64,000 nt of DNA from Oscillospiraceae bacterium (GTDB lineage Bacteria > Bacillota > Clostridia > Oscillospirales > Ruminococcaceae), in the NCBI GenBank assembly GCA_021203065.1, contig JAJQBX010000021.1, positions 130,514 through 194,513 of the forward strand. Direction: 5' to 3'. The notes under the pieces are model-generated. The model did no database searches, was not told where the DNA came from, and saw only the letters and a program-made list of their open reading frames with translations. Numbering within the stretch: position 1 is the stretch's first letter; the number at the start of each line of letters is the position of its first letter. The translations under genes and the position numbers were made by a program. Of the stretch, positions 36,397-43,674 are shown one piece after another.

Positions 36397-36671
36397 AAAT
36401 CAAACAGGGCTTTATCATAAGGAAGGTAGCGGGAAAGTATGTTGTAGTCGCCACCGGCGAAGCAAGCAAGAACTTCCACGGAATGGTCAAGCTGAATGAA
36501 ACCGCAAAGAACATCTGGGAGGGCTTGGCTGCCGGCAAGACCCCGGAGGAAATCACCGATGACCTTGCCAAGCTCAACGATGCCCAGACTCCTGAGGATC
36601 ACGAAAGAATCGCTAAGGACGTTCAGTCGATGATCAAAGAGATTCAGGACGCAGGATTCTTGGAAGACTGA
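36393..36671 (+). CDS. PqqD-family protein (RiPP recognition element-like)
   Basis: MKIKQGFIIRKVAGKYVVVATGEASKNFHGMVKLNETAKNIWEGLAAGKTPEEITDDLAKL... shows the beta-strand triplet plus LNET..IWE helix pattern of PqqD. The ATG overlaps the kinase stop (ATGA). Confidence 0.7.
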   Translation: MKIKQGFIIRKVAGKYVVVATGEASKNFHGMVKLNETAKNIWEGLAAGKTPEEITDDLAKLNDAQTPEDHERIAKDVQSMIKEIQDAGFLED

Positions 36672-36674
36672 GCC

Positions 36675-37145
36675 ATGGAGCAGACAACAAGATTGGTTGA
36701 GCTTGAAAACTCCGGATATATCGTCATTCCGATCAAGGGCGTCAGCATGAATCCTCTTCTCTATAGCTTTTCATCGCAGGTTCTTATTGAAAGACTTGAC
36801 GGAAGACCCAAAGTAAACGACGTAGTTCTCTATGTCAGGGACGATGGGATGCAGGTGCTTCACAGAATCATTTCCTTTGACGGCGATATTGCCCTCATCA
36901 GGGGAGATAATACCTATTCCCTTGAGAGAGTGCCTCTTTCAGATATAAAGGGCGTCGCAACGACGTTCTGGAGAAAAGGGAGTCAGAGCTCGCACGAGAT
37001 TTCGGTTGGTGACCGTTCATACAAGCTCTACGTTAAGTTCTGGAATTTCATCTACCCCATAAGAAAGCTATGGTTCAGGGTCAAAAACAAGCTCAGAAGA
37101 ATACTTAAGATTCCGGAGAATTTTCAGGAAACAGAGACAAGATAG
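36675..37145 (+). CDS. S24/S26-family serine peptidase, SipW/Sec11-like Ser-His type
   Basis: GVSMNP (Ser), VLHRII (His) and RGDN motifs. 156 aa with a basic amphipathic C-terminus. Confidence 0.65.
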   Translation: MEQTTRLVELENSGYIVIPIKGVSMNPLLYSFSSQVLIERLDGRPKVNDVVLYVRDDGMQVLHRIISFDGDIALIRGDNTYSLERVPLSDIKGVATTFWRKGSQSSHEISVGDRSYKLYVKFWNFIYPIRKLWFRVKNKLRRILKIPENFQETETR

Positions 37146-37155
37146 AAGGTGAAGC

Positions 37156-38109
37156 ATGGAAGGTCATGTAAAAAGAAATATAGTCTGTGCACTCCTGTCG
37201 GTGATAGTTTTAGTGGTTTTCGTCATTCTGATTTGCAGTTACAATGCGAAAACCTCCGCAGAAACAAGCCAGCTTGAGTCTGCAACCGCCGAAGCGAAGC
37301 CCTATGAGGACGAGCTGACCGAGCTGAAAAGAAGCATAACAAAAGCCGCCGACGAGCTTTCCGACACAAGTGAAACCGCAAGATTCATTGTCGGCTATAT
37401 AATTTCCTCCGAGGAGGATATAACCTATGCCGAGGAGCAGGCGGCTGAATACGGCTTCGAGCCGGTTATAATACTTGATTGCTATGACAGCCTGTCAGAC
37501 CTTCTTAATCTGTCGGTTGCCGCTTCGGAAGCCGGTCATGAAATCATGCTGACGGCATCCGCATTCACATCAGCTGCTAACGACAACGCCATATCGCTTC
37601 TTTATTACATGGATAGAAACGGTATTGAGCACTCCCAAGTCTTTCTTCTTCGGAGCGACTACTATTCCGATTCGTCGATTGAGCTTCTCATTTCCGACGG
37701 TTTTGTCGGCTACACCGTCTATAACACTTCGCCTACTTCCGGAGTGACCGAGGACGGCTATGTCACGTTCGACTATTCCTACCTGACAACCGACAGCTCA
37801 TCCTACACCCGGTTCAGCTCGTCATACTCAAACTTGGCGTCAATGGTAATAGCCGTAGACATGGATTCAATCAAAACGGGAACGCTTACCGAAAGCTTTG
37901 TCCTGACGCTCTTAAGCACCATCTCTTCCTATTCCGAGAATGACGACTGCGAATTTTCGAGCGTTTCGGCTGTAGTGGAGTGCTTGCTTGAGGAAAACAA
38001 GTCGATGGAGGAAAGAACAGCTGAATACGAAGCCTACGTTGCCGAATGTGAGGAAAGAATTGAAGAGCTCGAAGAGATAATCGCCGAAATCTATGCTCAG
38101 CTGGACTGA
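37156..38109 (+). CDS. Membrane-anchored hypothetical protein with coiled-coil-like acidic segments
   Basis: AAGGTGA SD. N-terminal TM helix (IVCALLSVIVLVVFVILICS). Heptad-like acidic stretches at both ends. No recognisable domain. Confidence 0.7.
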   Translation: MEGHVKRNIVCALLSVIVLVVFVILICSYNAKTSAETSQLESATAEAKPYEDELTELKRSITKAADELSDTSETARFIVGYIISSEEDITYAEEQAAEYGFEPVIILDCYDSLSDLLNLSVAASEAGHEIMLTASAFTSAANDNAISLLYYMDRNGIEHSQVFLLRSDYYSDSSIELLISDGFVGYTVYNTSPTSGVTEDGYVTFDYSYLTTDSSSYTRFSSSYSNLASMVIAVDMDSIKTGTLTESFVLTLLSTISSYSENDDCEFSSVSAVVECLLEENKSMEERTAEYEAYVAECEERIEELEEIIAEIYAQLD

Positions 38110-38187
38110 ATCTGAAAATATCACATAAATTTTAGCTCCATTTCTCACTTTTTGAGGAATGGGGCTTTAATTTGTAAGCATAATAAG

Positions 38188-38216
38188 TTGATTTATGTCG
38201 GAAAAGGTGGTATAAT
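38188..38216 (+). promoter_or_regulatory. Sigma-A promoter TTGATT-17-TATAAT
   Basis: TTGATT at 38188-38193 and TATAAT at 38211-38216. Confidence 0.6.
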
Positions 38217-38239
38217 CTATAGAAATAAGGGGTGATACC

Positions 38240-40291
38240 ATGAAAAGCATCAACACGACAAAAAAAGTCGTTTCAGCCTCCAGTCAGAAATCAAGTGGGA
38301 CAGGTCGTCCGGTTACCATAGGAAATATTGCAGGCGTTGCAGTGTTCACTCTGATACTTCTATATCTTTCAGGAGTCAGGGCATTCGGTCTGCCGATGAT
38401 TTCGTTTTTAAGCGACAATGTTGCGATAATGTCCTTGGTTCGGCTCGCACTTTTCGTCCCGATTCTGTTTATCGGAAAGGAGATTTACGTCCGTGGCTTC
38501 GGAAGACTTGTCAGGTTCAATCCGAATGTAGAGACACTTGCGGCAGTTGCAACCGGGCTTGCTACAGTGACGTCATTTTACTCCCTCGTCATGGTTATAA
38601 TCAGCCGTGAGGACTATGCCGACCGGATTCATTTCGAGGCATGTGCCGTGATAATTCTCTTCATGCTTGCAGGAGAATATCTCGAAGAGAAGCTGAATAA
38701 GGAGAGAGGCTCGACCGCCGACAAGCTCAACGACCTTTTCCCGAAGAATGTAACCGTAGTGAGAAATAACGTCGAGTACACCGTTCCCATTTCGGATATA
38801 TCCGCCGGCGACATGATTCTGGTTCAGCCGGGTGGAAGCTTCCCGTGCGACGGTTCAGTGGTTTCCGGAAGAGCAGGCGTTGACGAAAGCCTCTTCACCG
38901 GCGAAACTCTGCCTGCAGAAAAGACAGCCGGAGATCAGATTTTCGCCGGAACAGTCTGCCGGAGTGGATTTATAACCATCCGTGCAGAAAGCATCGGCGA
39001 AGATACAAGCCTCGGCAAGATGGTCATTGCCGCCAGAAACGCTGAGTCTGTAAAGAGCACCGACTCAAAGGTCTACACCCATCTCCAGAGAAACGAGAGG
39101 GTCTACACCCTCTGCGCAATTGGCGTTGCTGTCTTGGTCTTCTTCATCTGGCTGATGGCTTCAAAGGATTTCGGGAAGTCTCTCGAAGCTCTCGAAAGAA
39201 TGCTTCTGACATCCTGCCCGTGCGCCGTACTGTTTGCGATTCCCTTTGCGGTAAATGCCGCTGTCTCAAGAGGCGAGCGTGAGGGCGTCGTCTATAAGAG
39301 CCCATCCGCACTTGAAAAAATCGAGAGCATCAACACCGTCGTCATGGACAAGACCGGCGTCATAACCGTCGGAAAGCCTTTTGTCACAGATGTAATTCCG
39401 TTCGGAACAGATGCTGTGGAGGTTATTCTGATAGCGTCTTCGCTCGAGTCCCACTCGACCCACCCGGTAGCTTCTGCGGTTCTTGACTACGCCAAGAAAA
39501 ACGACATCGAGCCTATGGACTGCGACGTTTTCGAATCGGTAGAGGGCTTTGGAGTCAAGGGGGTTATCGAGGATGATGGCGTTTCGGTTGGAAGAGCCGA
39601 CGCAATATTTACAGGCGAATTTGAGGGCTACGCCGCAGTCTGCCAGCCTCTTACAGAGCAGGGCAAGACGATAGCTGCAGTCACCAAAAACGGCTCTCCG
39701 ATTGGAGTTATAGCATTTCAGGACAAAATTAAGCCCACGAGCAAAGCCGGCGTCGAACGCCTCGCCAAGCTTGGAATCCGCACAATCATGGTCACCGGCG
39801 ACAGTGAGGGAACAGGTAAGTCGATAGCTGAGGAAATAGGAGTTTTCGACCACGCCGAGAACGTCACTCCCCAGAAGAAAGCCGAGATGATCCGCAAGCT
39901 CCGATATGGCGGAAGAACGGTTGCAATGATAGGGGACAGCTCCAACGACGCTCTTGCCCTTGCCGCCGCTGACGTGGCAATCTCGATGAAAGACGGCTCC
40001 GAGGTAGCACTCGAAGCAAGCGAGATTATTCTTCTCAAAAATGATTTGAGAGATGCTTCCGTCGCAGTGAGAATCTCATCCGAGACGAAGAAGACCATCT
40101 CTTCAAACTTCCTCTTCGGAATGGTATTCAACGCCGTAACAGTGCCGATAATGGCGTTCTCGCCGCTCTTCATCCAGAATCCGACAATAGACGCATTCAT
40201 CTGCACAGTCTGCCTGTGCGTCTCCACCATCTCCGTCCTCTTCAACAGCGTCCGGATAAAAAAGATGGACTTAACCGCCGCAAAGGAATAG
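38240..40291 (+). CDS. P1B-type (heavy-metal) P-type ATPase lacking an N-terminal metal-binding domain
   Basis: TGE(T) actuator motif, SCPCAV transmembrane CPC motif, DKTGVIT phosphorylation site, GDSSNDALALAAADV hinge. Confidence 0.8.
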   Translation: MKSINTTKKVVSASSQKSSGTGRPVTIGNIAGVAVFTLILLYLSGVRAFGLPMISFLSDNVAIMSLVRLALFVPILFIGKEIYVRGFGRLVRFNPNVETLAAVATGLATVTSFYSLVMVIISREDYADRIHFEACAVIILFMLAGEYLEEKLNKERGSTADKLNDLFPKNVTVVRNNVEYTVPISDISAGDMILVQPGGSFPCDGSVVSGRAGVDESLFTGETLPAEKTAGDQIFAGTVCRSGFITIRAESIGEDTSLGKMVIAARNAESVKSTDSKVYTHLQRNERVYTLCAIGVAVLVFFIWLMASKDFGKSLEALERMLLTSCPCAVLFAIPFAVNAAVSRGEREGVVYKSPSALEKIESINTVVMDKTGVITVGKPFVTDVIPFGTDAVEVILIASSLESHSTHPVASAVLDYAKKNDIEPMDCDVFESVEGFGVKGVIEDDGVSVGRADAIFTGEFEGYAAVCQPLTEQGKTIAAVTKNGSPIGVIAFQDKIKPTSKAGVERLAKLGIRTIMVTGDSEGTGKSIAEEIGVFDHAENVTPQKKAEMIRKLRYGGRTVAMIGDSSNDALALAAADVAISMKDGSEVALEASEIILLKNDLRDASVAVRISSETKKTISSNFLFGMVFNAVTVPIMAFSPLFIQNPTIDAFICTVCLCVSTISVLFNSVRIKKMDLTAAKE

Positions 40292-40308
40292 CCCAAGGCA
40301 TAATAAAT

Positions 40309-40340
40309 CCCCTCCCGGGTGATGGGAGGGGTGCTTTTTT
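40309..40340. terminator. Bidirectional terminator
   Basis: CCCCTCCC-gggtgat-GGGAGGGG followed by tgcTTTTTT, between convergent genes. Confidence 0.75.
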
Positions 40341-40343
40341 GTG

Positions 40344-40997
40344 TCAAACCAATATTTTGGTTTTGTTATCTTTCAGCTTGTCATCAAGCATAGTCAGTAT
40401 TTCATCAGGCAAATCCTCGATAGAAACTGAGTTGTCGGAGTAGAGAAGTTCAGAGTATTTTTTGTCATCGTTACCTTTGACAAATATGTGAGAAACGGTA
40501 TATACAGCCTTGCTTCTTGAAAAGCAGTCGCCATCTCTGAGAGACTGCACAACATAACCATCGTTAATCTCCTCGCCTTTCTTATTTTTATCGTGGTTAA
40601 GGCAGAGGGTAAAATTGAGGTCGGTTGTGCCGAATTTATATGACATTGTATCAGTCTGTATTTCTTCAAGTATGATGCACTCGGAGGTAGCCATCTTTGC
40701 AACGTCATCGATATGTTTCAACTTTTTTGCACATAGAGAAAATGGATGAACAGAATCAAATCCGATGTCAGACTCTGTCAATAAGTTTCTCGTGGCGTTC
40801 CGATAAAATGCCTTTGCCGGGAGAGAGCTTTTAACGCCAGTCAGGTGTCTGAAATTCTCGGATTTGTAGATAACCTCTATGTATCTGCTGTCAAATACAT
40901 ACATGAACTTTCTGCCGACGAGATACTTTTTATATGTTATTGATGCATCTTTGATCAGCTGTACTATTGCTTTTTTGTCCTGACTTGTGTACATCAT
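40344..40997 (-). CDS. Low-GC hypothetical protein; possibly a BECR-fold (PBECR4-like) nuclease domain
   Basis: Visibly AT-rich compared with its flanks. Sequence from memory resembles the PBECR4 family (LVGRKFMYVFDSRYIEVIYKSENFRHLTGV). I prefer the ATG at 40997 (MMYTSQ...) because the upstream 39 codons overlap a hairpin-rich non-coding-looking region. Confidence 0.5.
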   Translation of the reverse strand: MMYTSQDKKAIVQLIKDASITYKKYLVGRKFMYVFDSRYIEVIYKSENFRHLTGVKSSLPAKAFYRNATRNLLTESDIGFDSVHPFSLCAKKLKHIDDVAKMATSECIILEEIQTDTMSYKFGTTDLNFTLCLNHDKNKKGEEINDGYVVQSLRDGDCFSRSKAVYTVSHIFVKGNDDKKYSELLYSDNSVSIEDLPDEILTMLDDKLKDNKTKILV

Positions 40998-41015
40998 ACT
41001 AAGTCCAATCTGAGT

Positions 41016-41272
41016 GAAATAAAACAATATGCCGGACAACACTACGTCATCCGGCAGTTGTAAGCAAATCAGCGGTTTTATGCTGGCTGTCAGCCTCAAT
41101 GTCCTTCCGAACATCTAATCTGTCGCCGAAATAATTAAGTCCCCGGCGCGGACTGCACCAAAGACCGGGTGCACGGTTAAGCAATCGGAAGATTGCTTGG
41201 CTGTGGAATTTACCCTGTCCCACAAACAGCACAGCTTTTTCGTGCCGCCGCACGGGAAACATCTCTGCTTCC
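41016..41272 (-). ncRNA. Structured leader or small RNA (~260 nt) ending in a terminator-like hairpin, class unknown
   Basis: Minus strand features: its own promoter, then hairpins CGTGC-ggcg-GCACG, GCTGTG...CACAGC, AAGCAATC-ttcc-GATTGCTT (perfect 8 bp), TGCACC...GGTGCA, GTCC-gcgccgg-GGAC, and GCCGGA-13 nt-TCCGGC followed by AUAUUGUUUUAUUU. Confidence 0.4.
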
Positions 41273-41278
41273 ATCTAT

Positions 41279-41307
41279 ATTATATCAGACTTAACACCTA
41301 TTTGCAA
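41279..41307 (-). promoter_or_regulatory. Sigma-A promoter (minus strand) TTGCAA-17-TATAAT
   Basis: TTGCAA at 41302-41307 and TATAAT (reverse complement) at 41279-41284, starting right after the folA stop. Confidence 0.6.
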
Positions 41308-41339
41308 GCATTTTTTTAAATATTCTTGCACGTCAGAAT

Positions 41340-41813
41340 TCAGAAAACCTTTCTATACCTCACCTGCCGAAACCCAACCCCATCATCCTCGCCGGTGGTC
41401 GCAATCTCAGCCCTATACATAGTCTTGTCGAACTCAGGAAAGTACGCATCTGCCTCGGGGCACTCGGCATCAATTTCAGTAAGGACAAGCTCGTCAGCAA
41501 GCTTCAGTGCCTGAGCGTACACCTGTGCTCCGCCGATGACACAGCAGTTATTGTCGCAGAGCCTGAGTGCTTCTTCAAGCGAGCCAGCAATCTCGACGCC
41601 GTCAATCTCGAGGCTTTTGTCTCTCGAAATGACGATATTTCTTCTTTTGGGAAGCGGTCTGCCGATGGAAAGATAGGTGAGCCTCCCCATGACAACCGTC
41701 TGTCCAAGGGTTTCGGCACGAAAGAGCTTCATGTCAGTAGGAAGATGCCAGATAAGCGAATTGTTTCGCCCAAGCTCCCGGTTTTTGCCGATAGCCGCAA
41801 CAATCTTGATCAT
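41340..41813 (-). CDS. folA: Dihydrofolate reductase
   Basis: MIKIVAAIGKNRELGRNNSLIWHLPTDMKLFRAETLGQTVVMGRLTY. ATG at 41813 lies after a TAAGGAGG SD that overlaps the thyA stop. Confidence 0.9.
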   Translation of the reverse strand: MIKIVAAIGKNRELGRNNSLIWHLPTDMKLFRAETLGQTVVMGRLTYLSIGRPLPKRRNIVISRDKSLEIDGVEIAGSLEEALRLCDNNCCVIGGAQVYAQALKLADELVLTEIDAECPEADAYFPEFDKTMYRAEIATTGEDDGVGFRQVRYRKVF

Positions 41814-41823
41814 GCGAGCCTCC

Positions 41824-42729
41824 TTACTGAGCGATGGGAAACGCAATCTTCCCCATATGCTGGTAGTTGGTAAGCCTGACGTCCTTGCATTCTGCTGAGT
41901 TGTCGAACTTGTAGAAATCGTCGACCTCAGGATTCAGCCAGAGCTTCGGGGCAGGGAAGCCTCCGATGTTCTCGTCGTAACGGCGAATCTGTTCGTCGAT
42001 GCCGGAAATCTGGTTGACATAGATGTGAGCATCCTTTATCGACCAGTCAATCGTTCCCGGCTTAAGCCCGGTTACCTGCGCCAGCATGCAAAGAAGCACC
42101 GAATACTGGGTGACGTTGAAAGGAAGCCCAAGCGGCACATCGCAGCTTCTTTGGTGAACCCAAGCGTTGAGCCTGCCGTCGGTCACGTCCCATTCGCTGC
42201 TCCATACGCAGGAGGGGAGAACCGCAGTCTCAAGATAGTCGTTCTGCCAGAGCGACATCACCATCCGCCTGTCGGTGCGATTATTCTTAAGCTTGTCTAT
42301 GAGTCCGTCTGTAAGTCCGAATTTGCGGACAATCCAGCCGTAGGCGGTGCCAATAGTGTGAGCCCACTCTTTTCCGAACTCTTTTCTTATCTCTTTTTTG
42401 GTAAGCCCGCCAGAGCCATCCGGAACCATCTGAGTGGCAACCCAGAAGCCGTCCTCGTCAATCTCCCATTCATTCCAGATGTTTACGTTCCGCTCTCTCA
42501 GCCATCTCACGTCGTTCGACTGTGCCTGATAAATCCAGAGCATCTCGAGGACCGCCTGACGGATGAAAAGCTGCTTTGTAGTTAAAACGGGGAACTCCTC
42601 GCCTATGTTAAGCGAAAAGTGCCACGACGGAATCTTTACCGAATTGACACCGGTGCGGTTTTCAACCTCTATGCCATCTTTTCTTATTCTTTTGAGAAGT
42701 CTTATATATTCGTCGTCCCACATTGACAT
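41824..42729 (-). CDS. thyA: Thymidylate synthase (ThyA, B. subtilis ThyA/phi3T-like subtype with Cys-Val instead of Cys-His)
   Basis: NRTG, LPSCVWS (catalytic Cys context), QRSCDVPLGLPFNV. ATG at 42729 lies after GGAGGTG. Confidence 0.85.
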   Translation of the reverse strand: MSMWDDEYIRLLKRIRKDGIEVENRTGVNSVKIPSWHFSLNIGEEFPVLTTKQLFIRQAVLEMLWIYQAQSNDVRWLRERNVNIWNEWEIDEDGFWVATQMVPDGSGGLTKKEIRKEFGKEWAHTIGTAYGWIVRKFGLTDGLIDKLKNNRTDRRMVMSLWQNDYLETAVLPSCVWSSEWDVTDGRLNAWVHQRSCDVPLGLPFNVTQYSVLLCMLAQVTGLKPGTIDWSIKDAHIYVNQISGIDEQIRRYDENIGGFPAPKLWLNPEVDDFYKFDNSAECKDVRLTNYQHMGKIAFPIAQ

Positions 42730-42925
42730 GCTTAACACCTCCAATTATATCACTATTATAACATGCATCGGTTCTAAAAGCAAGAGATAAGAATAATACT
42801 CCCTGTAAATCCTCAAAAAGCCCGATAAAAATTTAAGTTTTGTGCAAATTGCCTCTGGAATTTTGGTGAGAAATGTGTTATAATTAACTCATAGTAATTG
42901 AATTTGAGACAGTAAAGAGGTAGTA

Positions 42926-43435
42926 ATGATGTTTTGCGTGAATGATTACGTTGTCTACGGCAACGAAGGCGTCTGCAAAGTGGAGGACATCGGCAAGCCC
43001 TCAATATCGGGACTGGACAAGCAGAAAGAGTATTATACTCTCGTTCCATTTTACAGAAAGGGTAAAATCTATACGCCGATCGATTCCCCGATCCTTATGC
43101 GGAAGGTAATAACAAAGGAAAGTGCTGAGAAGCTTATCTCACGGATAACTGAGATAAGCCCTGTTCTTGACGTCCCAAGAGATTCGAAGCTCGCCATGGA
43201 GTACTATAAGGGTCTTGTCAAGACCCACGAGTGCGAGAAGCTCATCAGCATTATCAAGCACGTTTTCGAGAAGCAAAGGGTTCTTGTCGCCGAGAAGAAG
43301 AACGTCCCGGCAGTGGATCTGAGGTACATGAAGATAGCCGAAGACATGCTCTACGGCGAACTCGGCTTCGCCCTGAACATCAAACCCTCGGATGTCAGAG
43401 GATATATAATCAGAAGCTGCGAGATGGAAAGCTGA
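42926..43435 (+). CDS. CarD/CdnL-family RNA-polymerase-binding regulator
   Basis: N-terminal Tudor-like segment VNDYVVYGNEGVCKVEDIG...YYTLVP, with CarD_CdnL-type length. Confidence 0.75.
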   Translation: MMFCVNDYVVYGNEGVCKVEDIGKPSISGLDKQKEYYTLVPFYRKGKIYTPIDSPILMRKVITKESAEKLISRITEISPVLDVPRDSKLAMEYYKGLVKTHECEKLISIIKHVFEKQRVLVAEKKNVPAVDLRYMKIAEDMLYGELGFALNIKPSDVRGYIIRSCEMES

Positions 43436-43640
43436 CGCTACGTCAGCGAGTGCTCGCTTCGCTCGCACACCCCTCCACCGGCTTCGCCGGTCCCCCTCCC
43501 CTTTCAGGGGAGGCTTTTTATTTTCTGAACAAACTTTTGAGAGAGCAAAAATAGGCTCCCCTGTTAAGGGGAGCTGTCAGCGAAGCTGACTGAGGGGTGC
43601 GCCGACCGGAGGGAGGCGCATCGGCGAAGCCGACAACTGC
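43433..43640. repeat. Inverted pair of GC-rich palindromic intergenic elements (REP-like) with GCGAAGC mini-hairpins; acts as a bidirectional terminator
   Basis: Plus-strand copy 43554-43640: GGCTCCCCTgttaAGGGGAGC TGTCAGCgaaGCTGAC TGAGGGGTGCG... Minus-strand copy 43433-43516: GCCTCCCCTgaaAGGGGAGG...CCGGCgaaGCCGG TGGAGGGGTG... Related copies lie at 53436, 57795 and 59246. Confidence 0.8.
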
Positions 43641-43674
43641 GCAAGAAGTTGTTTCGTAACTTCCGCATTTTGCG

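Noticed and set aside
35608-37145. A lasso-peptide biosynthetic gene cluster.
   Set aside because: HprK-like kinase and PqqD do occur in lasso clusters. Here, however, there is no asparagine-synthetase-like cyclase, no transglutaminase-like leader protease, no precursor ORF and no ABC exporter in the window. It is reported instead as an orphan cassette.
41047-41274. A 75-aa minus-strand ORF, and the N-terminal 39 codons of ORF 40344..41114, treated as coding.
   Set aside because: There is no SD. The amino-acid sequence looks random (MEAEMFPVRRHEKAVLFVGQGKFHSQ...). The region is a chain of stable hairpins behind its own promoter, and its GC-rich composition differs from the AT-rich gene it would extend. 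It cannot be excluded without conservation data.
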